Shown in pieces: positions 1-10,818 of a DNA stretch of 64,000 bases; the stretch's first letter is position 1, and each line of letters starts with the position of its first letter. The position numbers and the translations under genes were made by a program. The stretch is taken from positions 4,092,001 to 4,156,000 of the forward strand of contig OZ281496.1 of the NCBI GenBank assembly GCA_965637545.1, given 5' to 3'. This DNA comes from Phallusia mammillata. Lineage: Eukaryota. Under the pieces are notes generated by a model, which saw only the letters and a program-made list of their open reading frames with translations, made no database searches and was not told the DNA's origin.

Positions 1-451
1 GCTGCTAGATTTATAGCAACTACGTTATAGCGTAGGGGACGTTAATGTAGTGCAATCCGTCGGGTTTCCCTGGGTTAGAGCAATGCCAATTAAGTTTTTT
101 GCCCAGGGAAACGCAAGCTGCCGTCACAGGATTAGAACCCACAAACTATTGAATAAAAGTCGGTTGCACTTGTCAGTCGACCATCTTGGCAAACTTATGC
201 ATAGCTTGACTCCTAAAGTCACTTTTCGTTTTGTTTTGTGTGTAAGAAACATACATTGCCTTAACCAGGAATCAAAATTTAAAGTTTCGTTTTGAATTGG
301 CTTTCAATCTCTCGCAAGCTTGGCCTACTTCGAAGTTGATACAAGAGTGGCATTATTTTTAGTCTGTATGAGGTGTTAATCTCTAGTTCCAGTATCAAAT
401 GCTTTGGCACGCATATATGTTTATTTAAGTTAAACATACTTTTTATCGCAG

Positions 452-606
452 ACACTCCAGCAGACAGAGGTGAAGTAAATGAAGCAGCTGGCAACATCTT
501 TCTACTTGTGATGTTTGTTCTTCTGGCTGCTGTAATTATCGCAGCCGGTTACCTCGTACGGGGCAAAATTGCTCAAGATGTAAATTCTAAACAAATTGGT
601 CTGTAG
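452..606 (+). CDS. Terminal (transmembrane + short tail) exon of an upstream A-type CUB-ZP gene (A0); rest of gene lies outside the window
   Basis: tcgcag|AC acceptor, phase 1, reads (D)TPADRGEVNEAAGNIFLLVMFVLLAAVIIAAGYLVRGKIAQDVNSKQIGL*. Paralogous to the last exons at 21867-22030 and 46893-47023; the upstream intron resembles 46370-46890. Confidence 0.85.
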
Positions 607-1868
607 ATAACTTTTCGTAATAACTTTTCACAAATAACACTGTACTGTTTCTCACGACATAAAATCGCTTTAAATTTTCGTCAAAACAACAAACTAGGCA
701 GCGATTTATTCTCAAATTTGTGAATGTTAAATTTGCTAGAGTTTTCAAAACCAGTCATTACAGTACATGTAATATTTACTGCTTTATTGTTGTCAGATAC
801 CTTGTCAAAGTTTTTTTTTGTTTCTGTGATTGTAGAACAATATAATCGGATACAATTAATTCTGTGTGTGTGTATTGGTTATATGACCACCAAAGTCACA
901 TTTTTGCTTTTCAATTTCCTAGTTTAGATTAGCATGTGTCTCTTAATTAAATTGTGATGAGAAGTATTACTAAGTTTGAAACATTGTTAGCAATTTTCAT
1001 AAAATTAGCTTGTTTTAACTCCCTTTCAAACGAGCTGTTTTTGAAACTAATTGCTACATTTGTACAATTCATGGGAACCACTAACCTACACAAAAATAAA
1101 AGTTTAGAAATGGCAGTCACAGCCAGAATGAAGTTTTATAGTCAAAACCTTTACTGAAGTATTAAATAATTTTTAGATATCAAGAGGAAATAATCTTAAC
1201 AAGCTTATGTTTGTTGGATTTTGTTAGCAAGTTGGGATTTTTTACTATGATGACTGAATACGATTTTATTTTATACTTAATGCTTCCACCGAGTGTATCG
1301 CTTGTATCCAACGTTTTATTTAGTTTCGGTTACAAACCAACCTACTGCAAACGTCTGTAATCTGATGAAGCAAATCTTCACAAACAAATACAAATTTTAC
1401 ATACTTATGTTTCGAAGAAAATCCATATCAAGTTCTTTGCTTTCATTTGACTTTAAATTTGGCGGTTTAAATCTATGGTCTGATCCATTTTCAAATTTTT
1501 ATTCATTAAATGTTAAATCGTTGAATTTTGTACTACTTTGAACCAAAGTGGCTAAACTCCTGGTCAATCGCCAAAACGTTCAGTATAACAAATTGTAAGA
1601 CGGTAAAGCGCGTACAACAACAACTTTGTGAAGCAGGACACAAAGTGAAAACGAAATGAAAAAACTCCATACAAAAACATAGGCTGAATATGTCCATATA
1701 TTTGCAAGGTACGGCAGATATGCGTGGTGCTGCAGTTTCGAGCTTAATTGTTTAATTGCTTTGTCGACCTGTTTAATATTTCAATAGCGGCGACAACTCG
1801 TTATGGAACTTTATGTTTTTCAATGTTTGTTTGGTTCTGCATGATTATGATGTACGTTGCAGCAAACG

Positions 1869-2757
1869 TTAGTTATCATGAGTTTGGTTTTGTTCTGTTT
1901 GCTGCTGGTTGTCCGGGTTTCGATCATCATCGCCATCCATTTGAGCTGGTTCTTCTGCTGGGGGTCCATTAGGGTCAAAAATGTCAAATGCAAATAGGCC
2001 TGTAAAAAAGACGCCTTAATTTAACAAAAAAATGGTTGCGTTCATCTAGATTCACTGTCAACCTTCAAATTATACTACCTACCTTGGTTTGGAGGTGGTC
2101 GGTTTACGTTGGGTGGAGGTTCCACGATATTTTCTACATATATCTACACAAGAAAATTGGATCTAAAACTGTGAATGTGTCTTAAGTATATATTTGTTTG
2201 CCAAGAATTTTACTACATGGTGACTTTACCTCTTCAGACGAGCTGGACGATGATCGCCTGAAGGAAGAATACTAAAAAAAAAATTCCGGTTACTGTTAAA
2301 ACGAAGTTGCACTCTCAAACACTGTTGCTCCATGGGCCTGAAACGCCATTGCCATTTTAACCGAGCTTACTCAAGGTAATGGTAGGAGAAGTTATTGACC
2401 CCCTTGGATTCTAGTTGGTAATAATCGTCTCGGATTTAAAATTATCTCTCAACAGACTTGCATTTTGTACCGCAGGATGTAATTTTTTTACTTACCTCCA
2501 CTCCAGAATCCAACTCCATCTCCATCTTCTGAAAGGAACAAAATACCGTGTTAACGCATTTATTATAACGATTTGTTTGTTGTTGGTTTGTAGCGGCCAG
2601 CAGATATAAAACTGGTGACCAAATACACAACAAACATTTACCGGAGGTTATTAGTCCCAGTCATACTTTTTAAACTTGACATTTTCCCTCAACAGTGTTG
2701 CATGTTTAAAAACAGAAGGTATTTTTTACTTACTCCCCTACGTGGCTGACCCTTCGT
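1869..2757 (-). pseudogene. 3' half (5 exons) of a mini-exon gene of an unrecognised family; 5' exons not found, probably truncated
   Basis: complement(join(1869..1999,2083..2143,2230..2271,2496..2528,2734..2757)), all GT-AG (donors gtaagt, gtaagt, gtaaag, gtaggt). Open 96 aa: TKGQPRRG|KMEMELDSGVE|YSSFRRSSSSSSEE|IYVENIVEPPPNVNRPPPNQ|GLFAFDIFDPNGPPAEEPAQMDGDDDRNPDNQQQTEQNQTHDN*. The 24-nt exon and its flanking introns are homologous to 63620-63980. Confidence 0.6.
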
Positions 2758-3043
2758 CTGAAAACAACATGTCACGGCGTTAGGGCATTTATTACAACGT
2801 TTCCTTCTTAGGGGTTTTTGTAGAATTTAATAGGGATTTTTTACGGTTAATTTGGTTGAACATGAACATACATTCAAAATACAAAACCCACTTAATTTCA
2901 GCTATCTGTTATTTAGTCGAAATCGTGACGTCACACAATGCGCATCAACGATATGATTCGATTCGCTCATGTAAAAAGGCTTAATGTCTATAAATTAGAC
3001 CATGGTACTGTTTTGCGATCTCAGGTATTTGTTTATGTTTTAG

Positions 3044-3162
3044 ACCGAATTGCATTCGACCATTTCGACCCAGCAGAAGAACCAGCGCCAATGGATGGAG
3101 ATGAGGTTCAAAACCCGGAAAACCAGTTGCAACCGGAACAAAACGAGCCTCATAGCAACTAA
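3044..3162 (+). pseudogene. Orphan terminal exon of the same mini-exon family, inverted relative to 1869-2757
   Basis: gttttag|AC, phase 1: (D)RIAFDHFDPAEEPAPMDGDEVQNPENQLQPEQNEPHSN*. Clearly similar to the 1869-1999 and 33085-33188 exons. Confidence 0.6.
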
Positions 3163-4453
3163 TGTTGCTGTAGATAACCTGCTACTGATGCTTAAAATGT
3201 AAATATATTCGTTGAATTTTGTTGTATTGTTTAATGCACAGATTCTTATACTGGGATCTTCGATTCTTTAGCAGCCCGTAAAGCAAATCGGGGAAAATGC
3301 CAATAGTTTAAAGTTACTATACAAGCTATTTTTATATCTTCTAAAACTGTGTATATGAAGGTGTATGTATCAAGGTACAATTTGAGGACCGTCTTCATTC
3401 GCAGAACAGTTATCCATTGCTGAAACTTTTAAAAATGCAATTGTTCGGGCACACGCTTGACGGGACTTTTTTGTAAACTTTAGCTGCCTTCGGATGAGTG
3501 ATAAGCGTAATTTCTTCAATTCTGCGTGTGGCAGTACAAATAATGGGCCATTGTTTGTTAGTTTCAGCTTTTATTTTCGAATATAATGACATTTGTGCAA
3601 ATATAATTTTGAGGGAGCTCATAATCGAGAAGTTGTTGAACCACCGGTCTAAAGCAGTGGTTCTTAACCGGCGGAAAATTATGTACAGACTGTACTACTC
3701 AATGGTACTTAAATTGTTTTTTTAAGTTTTTCTCGATAATTTAACGGTCACAATCTGCGTTTCTAGACATTTTGAGTAAGTTGGTTACTAGTCTATGTTG
3801 TCACTAGTGTTCGTGTAAATTTGGAGCAACAACATTTGCCTATTTATGCAAATAAATAGTTTATGTAATTAATTTGAGACTTAATGAAGTTACGTTTGTT
3901 TGTTTTTGGCAGTGATATACATGCATGACAAAATGCGCCACACTAATCACTAACTTTTAAACTTATTTACTTACATAAGTTTCTAAATCAAAATCCCCGA
4001 AGCAGTTTCCGTCCCACCCAAATTCACTGTCAACATCAAAATCATCCGGAAAATAAGAATCGAGGTTCTTTAGACTCAGCTTTGATTTTGAAGGACCCAC
4101 TTTATCTTTTTCTGACAAAAACACAAAAAAAGAATGTTTAGATCTTTTTTGCGCATTTTTTTCAAAAAAGCAAATTCATTTTCGAACACTATCTGTTTAA
4201 AAATTTAACGGTTAACAAAATAGACGTAAAAAGCGACATGCTTTATTTTTCAACCGTTTCGTCTAATGCTTATTTCACCATCAGTGACATGAAGGGCCAC
4301 ATCAGTTACACCCGTTTATGCGCACTTAGGTCACGTAAAAGAATGACAAAAAGGTGAAACAAGTGTCGCTTAAGAATAGTAGATAAACAAGATTTGGGCA
4401 CTCATTTTTGTCGTTAGATCATTTTAGTTTTATAATTTGAATGCATTCTAGTC

Positions 4454-4527
4454 AATTCGAGAAATTCGGGAAATTCGGGAAATTCGAGAAATTCGAGAAA
4501 TTCGAGAAATTCGAGAAATTCGAGAAA
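4454..4527. repeat. 9-bp minisatellite (AATTCGRGA)x8; 5 units in the paralogous spacer at ~34525-34570
   Basis: Direct reading of the tandem units in both spacer copies. Confidence 0.85.
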
Positions 4528-7500
4528 ATTCTTCGTGTGTTTTCCAGAAAAAAAGACCAAATTACTTGGTACCCTTCAGTTTAACTGTTACTCAATAAAC
4601 CATCGTCAATCGTGAATATGGTTTATTCTAATTAAATATGTCACTATCGTCAAATACCCACGTGTGATCCTCGGCTTTTGCGTTGCTGGTTTTGTTTTTT
4701 GTGAAATTATTTTCTGTTTTGCTGAAAACAGAAATGCTTGATTAAATACTGACACTTTTTGATACGTTCGTGACGAATTAAACGCAAAATTATGGATGAG
4801 ATATAATGACACCATACATCACGACAGCTTCACACTTTGCATAATTCCGATAAGTGGCGCAAAGAGCTGGGTTATTAATTTAACAACTATAGAGGGGTAG
4901 AGTTGGGAAGTACGTTTCTTTCAAATTTTAAATTTGCGAACTAACTTTTCAAGTTAGTTTTATTGAACCTGTGATGAAAATGTCTTACCCCAACCAAAAC
5001 AACCCTATCCGTCAGCATTTTTAGAGATATATACAATCAGAATATTTACTCATAATTACGTTTCAAGCAAGTTTAAAACGATGTACAAATATTCAAGCGG
5101 CTTTTTCCATCGCTGGAACAAGAAGTGTTTGAAAATGCAGCAGAGCACACTCCTTATGGAAACACTAGCCATGTACAAGTCTGTTAGAAAAATATGACCA
5201 TGAACTCTTTATAAAGTGTCGTTTTTCTCATACTTACTTGAACCTGAACAGAAACCCACAAAATTATTACCAGTATACGTACAATGGCTCCTTAACTTTT
5301 ATGTTTCCTGGTTAATGATTTTCGGATTCACTGGTACTTGTACTAGCAACAAAAAAAGCTTCTATTTTTTTGAAAAATATGTTTTTTATTACTTCTTTAT
5401 ATGTCTCAGAATTTATTCGCGATCGATGTTATGTTTGAAAAGCAGCTAATTTTAACTTTCTATCTTTTGTAATTTGATTTTTATCAAACAAGCCTTTTTC
5501 AACGAAACCCAGTGTGTTTGTTCAATGTACGCAAATAGACAAAAAATCTACGAGCCTGAATTTCCTATTACCTGTGTATTGTGGCGGTGAGGACATGCTG
5601 TATTCATTTTCACCGTATTTGACATTGCATGAAACCTAGATGACAAATCATTTTTTTAACGTTTTACTTTTATGTTTGATTGCTAAATACAAATTAAAGG
5701 AGAAAGACAAATTTTCTCTTAAAATTTCTTTGCATTTTTTACTACAAAGAGCTTTCTTACCCATGAATGATTGTTTTGGTAATTTAATAAGCAACGTAGG
5801 TCCTCGCAGTATTGAATTTTACTTGTTTATTATTATACGTGATGGTGGAATGAAAACAAATGAAGCATAATTGTTAATTAATAGTGTCATTATTTTAATT
5901 TCTTTACCGGTTTTACTTCAACACTTTCGGTACCAGCATTCGGAATGTTGATTGGTTGTTCCACTGTTTGATCTTTTAAAGTTAATTTCACCGTTTTCTT
6001 TTTCGCTATATTACAAAAAAAGTTTACTTTTTAATGCTTACATTAACCAATATTTTGCTTTTTAATAAACAACTTTAGATCATATAAAATGTGGAAAACT
6101 GACCTTTTTTAGTTGATCCCTTCATATTTTCCGAAGCTTCTTCTGTTTGTGATCGTTTTGAAACACGTGCATCCATAATTTAGGCAACAGACTGAGCAAT
6201 GTGAATACTAACACGCAATCAATGAATTTGCCGGTTTAATGTTGACTACTTAGGTTTTGTAGTTGACAGGTTGAAAAATGAAAATGTCTAAAAAGCTAAG
6301 ACGGTCTTGGAACACTGCAGCACAAGAAATTTAATTAAAATTAACCTTTTTCGGACCAATGATTTTGGACACAAATCAGGACCGTGTAAGTCTCTTATTT
6401 CGCGAATGCCTTTGCACTCAGAAACATGATCCGGGGCTTAACGTCGACACAGGGTCTATGTCTTTGCGTCTATGAAACAACTAAGCCTTACCTCCCGTCA
6501 TCAACACTTGTTTAATCGTCGATTTTAACTATTTTTAAAAATGTAAAAACGCAATAAAATTCTGGACCGAAACTCGCATAAAAACTGATAACAAAGTTAC
6601 TAAATTGACTTGAGCCAAATCCACAAACAACCTTTTAAACGTAAAGTTCTTGCAGAAAACGCTTTATACATTGTAAGCACACGAGCTGAACTGACGCACA
6701 GCGCAGAAAAACACAATTGGTCGCCGACATGTTACACATCAGCACGTCCAAACGTTTAATATCGTGGGTGCGTACGGGACGTAATTTGATCGTTGAAACG
6801 AAAGCTTTTGTTTGGAGCTGTTCCAAAACATTTTCCTGATGTCAGACGAAACGCTCTCTTTTAATTCATAACTGTTAGGCAGAGCAACGGCTTGAAACAT
6901 TATACAGGAGATTAAAAGCAATTTAATTAAAATTAAGCCCGTGTCAGGCTCTTATTTCTCTCAGCGTCTATGTCTTTGCGTCTGCTCATCACCTGACCCA
7001 TTTTCCTGTGCTTATCGTTTCGTTAGACCTACTTGTGTAATCGTCGATTTTAACTGTGCAAGTTGTAAAAATTTTTAAAACGCAATAAGGTTAATTCTTT
7101 AGCGAAACATTCACAATAAAATGGTAACGAAGTTACCAAGATCTACTTGAGCCAAGACAATACGCCTACAATCAACCCTTAAACTATAAAGGCCCGTTTA
7201 CACTGAGCGTAGCGTAGCGAAGCGAAGCGAACTTGGGCGAAGTTGAGCGAAGTTGAGCGAACGGGGTGTTTACACTGGACGTAGCGTAGCGAAGCGAAGT
7301 TGGGCGAACGGTTAACTTTTTGTTAAAAGTTGTACAAATACCACAACTGTTTGACGGAAGATATAAATGTTATTAATTATTTATCTGACACAAATGCCTT
7401 TATGTATGAATTGTATCAAAGTAATTTAAATTAATTGCTATTGTGACGTCATATTAACACATGTTTTGACCGGAAAATAAATATACGTTTAAAATTTAAG

Positions 7501-7533
7501 TGCTAGAAGGTATAGTTATTGCTGGATATAAAG

Positions 7534-8912
7534 ATGAACAACCGCTCCGCATTAAAAAGGGCTCGAGTAGTCCGATTACTCGCCATTCATCGCCTTTCTA
7601 GTCAGAGCAGAACAGGAAGAAGCATCTGGGTGAAACCTACCAGACAACGACGACCTGTTTTAAGTAAGTGTAGGTTGCAAAACGGACTTTAAGAAAAAAT
7701 AACATGACTGACGTTCAATCCTTTCAGGTGAATATTATCGCCTGGTACAGGAACTGCGACTTGAACAGGTTGCGGAGTTCCAATCTTACTTTCGAATGTC
7801 GCCCGCAACTTTCGACCAGTTGCTTTCGTTGGTCGGGCCTCTCGTTTCGAGACAAACAACGAATTTGCGGAGTCCTATTTCACCCGGTGAACGACTTGCA
7901 GTAACTTTAAGGTTAGTTATAAGTTGTGTTTTCTTGCACTTGATTTCAACAGTAATATTTATGTTTTTCCAGGTATTTAATCGGTGGGATGACGTACGAG
8001 AGTTTATCACATGCTTATCGTATGTCAAGAGCATCGGTATGCTTGATAATACCTGAAACTTGCCAAGCCATTTGGCAAGTTTTGCAGCCAAACCACCTGG
8101 TAAAACCGAATGAAGATGATTTCAAGCGAATTGCCTCTGATTTTCGCAGGTTATGGCATTTTCCTAACTGCCTTGGTAGCATGGATGGTAAGCACATCCA
8201 AGTACAGGCTCCTTCCAATTCGGGTTCCCTGTACTATAACTACAAGGGCACTTTTAGTGTTGTTTTGTTCGCAGTAGTTGATGCTAACTATCGTTTTACG
8301 ATGGTTGACATCGGGGGATACGGCAAACAAAGCGATGGCAGCATTTACAGCAATTCTGTATTTGGAAGGCAGTTATCAAGCCACCAATTACCAGTTCCTC
8401 CACCACAAGCCTTGCCTGGATCATCGGAGGCCCTACCATGCGTTTTTGTTGGGGACGAAGCGTTTCCGTTACAGGAAAACTTGCTTCGTCCTTACCCAGG
8501 GAGGCAATTATCCCACCGCCAACGGGTGTTTAATTACCGGCTTTCTAGAGCCAGGCGCATCGTAGAAAACGTATTTGGTATAATGGTTTCCCGCTTCCGG
8601 GTGTTTCGCGGGCCGATTTGTTTGGCACCAGAAAGGGTGGATAATGTGGTAAAGGCGTGCGTCGTTCTTCACAACTTCCTTCGCCATGAAAGCATGTACG
8701 TTGGACCGAGTGATCTCGACCACGAAGACAGAAGTGGCGAATTACATCCAGGCAGTTGGCGCGACGAGCAAGAAAATAGTCTAGGGTGCATTCAAAGGGT
8801 TGGGCGACGCCATAGCACGCAGGCATTTGAAGTGAGGGAAAAGTTTGCCGAATACTTCTGCAGCGAAACAGGATCTGTGTCTTGGCAAAATGCCATTATT
8901 TCAAGGTGTTAG
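7534..8912 (+). CDS. Harbinger DDE transposase (HARBI1-like), 417 aa, 3 exons
   Basis: join(7534..7663,7728..7911,7973..8912) = 1254 nt, open. Motifs FRMSPATFDQL, ISPGERLAVTLRYL, GSMDGKHI, YYNYKGTFS, VGDEAFP, RARRIVENVFG, LHNF; the D-D-E triad is intact. Confidence 0.93.
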
Positions 8913-9151
8913 TTAGTTTGCATGTAAACGGCTCTTTTTAGAGCCATGTTTGTCCTGTAACTGTATGTCTATATGTCTGTTTGTGGGAAAGTTGATGGCA
9001 ACCTTCACGTGGTCTTTCCTGTTACAGTGTGAAAACACGAACCAATGCCATCTTAGATTAACTTCATGTTTATTTAAAACAACAATAAAAAATAAAATCG
9101 AAAACTAAAATATGTTGTGAAACAAAGCACTGCCCTACTGTAGTGAAAATT

Positions 9152-10818
9152 TCACTTTTCAGACTCCAATTTTTTTTCAATGTCCAACATCAGAGTTCTA
9201 ATTTTTAATTTGAACTCGCATTTCACTACAGTAGGCCAGTGCTTCGTTTCACCAGCCACTCCAAGAAAAAACAGCTCTTCAGGGTCTTGTGTCTCCTCTG
9301 AAAAACAAAACAAAAACACTACATAAAAGGTCTGGTTTCAGAAATTACAGGTCTAAACTGTGTTAGCATGTACACATTAAAACTTACTTCTAATTTTGAG
9401 TTCTAAACAGAACGCATACAAAAATGAAACTGTGGGTAAAATTATTGACTACTATTACCTGTTGTTTTTTGTAAGGCATGTAACAATGCCAGATCCATGT
9501 CCGGTTTCCTTTTTTTCGACTTTCCTTGGTTGTGGTGTTGACTGGTAGGCTTTGTTGGTTCTGGTGTTGAATGTGTTTCTGGTGTAGAAACGGTTTCTGG
9601 GAAACAAACCGATTCCACACCAGAAACATCACTCTCACAGAGCGAGTTCTCCTCCAATACAACGCTGTAGTTTGATGATGTACTAAACAAATAAAAGCAC
9701 CAGCAAGGAGGGTTGAGAAATATATCCACAATTAATCGTGCAATTATAAATCTTTTAATATAATTTGTAACAGTGTGCACTGTCTTTGGGTGCATGAGAA
9801 GTTCAGTTATATATAGCTAAGTGAGATCTAGACATATACTCTCACCCCCTGGGCTCCATTTGTTTTTCTAAAAACTGCATCACAGGGTACAATGACCACT
9901 GCGATGCAGTTTGGGCTTCTGAGCCAGACTTTTTCAGAGATTTTTTTTTCTCCCTGGTAAACTTGTCCCGCAGGGACTTCCACCTTTTTTTCATTTCATC
10001 ACCTGATTGAAATTCAAGTTAGTGCCTATGTATTAAAGTTTAAAGGCATGCCATAGCTATATTTACTATAGCTATACTTAAATGCTATGAATATGTTACC
10101 ATACAATACAGCCAAATATGGGAATCCAAACAGCCAAGACATGGAAAATCCCCACAGGCCATACAGGAATCAAGGATATGTACTGCATAAAATTAAAACA
10201 AGTTTTCCTGAATGACAGAAAATTTGGGAATCCAAACAGCCAAGAAATAGAAAATCCCCACAGGCCATACAGGAATCAAGGATATGTACTGCATAAAATT
10301 AAAACAAGTTTTCCTGAATGACAGTAAAATTTGGGAATCCAAACAGCCAAGACATGGAAGATCCCCACAGACCATACAGGAATCAAGGATATGCACTGCT
10401 TAAAAATTAATACAAGTTTTCCTGAATAACAGTAAAGTATACTACATTATACACACATACAATCACATCCTTATCAGTATTTTATTACCTGGCCTATACA
10501 TAATAAGGGGAAATTTTGTCTTGGCAACTGATACATAATTATTAATTTAAGTTGCACATGACATATAGTCTATAACATGCACATGTTTTCGGTATTTAGT
10601 ATTCCAAGGAATATAAGTTTTTAGTATTCTAAATCTATCTGTCTGTCTGCTTTTACATCACACTAAACTGTACCTTCCATGTTTAAACTTTGCCCGATTG
10701 CTCTCCAGGCATTTTCTTTCGCAAATTTGTCACGATACCCATGAAACGATAGGTCGTACAAACACCTGTATTTTTTTATTTCTTTAACAAGAATTTCATC
10801 GACTAGTTCAAAATTCAT
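9152..10818 (-). CDS. Harbinger ORF2: MADF (Myb/SANT-like) DNA-binding protein with a C-terminal BESS-like motif, 223 aa, 4 exons
   Basis: complement(join(9152..9297,9459..9682,9846..10002,10674..10818)) = 672 nt, open. Reads MNFELVDEILVKEIKKYRCLYDLSFHGYRDKFAKENAWRAIGQSLNMEGDEMKKRWKSLRDKFTRE...DPEELFFLGVAGETKHWPTVVKCEFKLKIRTLMLDIEKKLESEK*. Confidence 0.88.
10119..10436. repeat. Three tandem ~106-107 bp units in intron 1 of the Harbinger MADF gene
   Basis: tgggaatccaaacagccaag recurs at 10119, 10225 and 10332. Confidence 0.9.

Noticed and set aside
2371-2410. Extra 40-nt exon with a gtaagc donor
   Set aside because: It does not fit the phase-0 chain (introduces stops) and only works in a frame that has no open upstream exon.
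2230-2757. Alternative phase-2 reading (RRVSHVGERWRWSWILEWRR) as a Trp/Arg-rich antimicrobial peptide precursor
   Set aside because: No signal peptide was found, and the paralog at 61-64 kb enters the 24-nt exon in phase 0 from an MGSCFS start. It cannot be fully excluded without cDNA.
4454-4527. GAA/TTC array as a heat-shock element cluster
   Set aside because: The period is 9 bp (GAA-A-TTC-GR), not the 10-bp nGAAn alternation HSF needs, and unit number varies 8 vs 5 like a neutral minisatellite.
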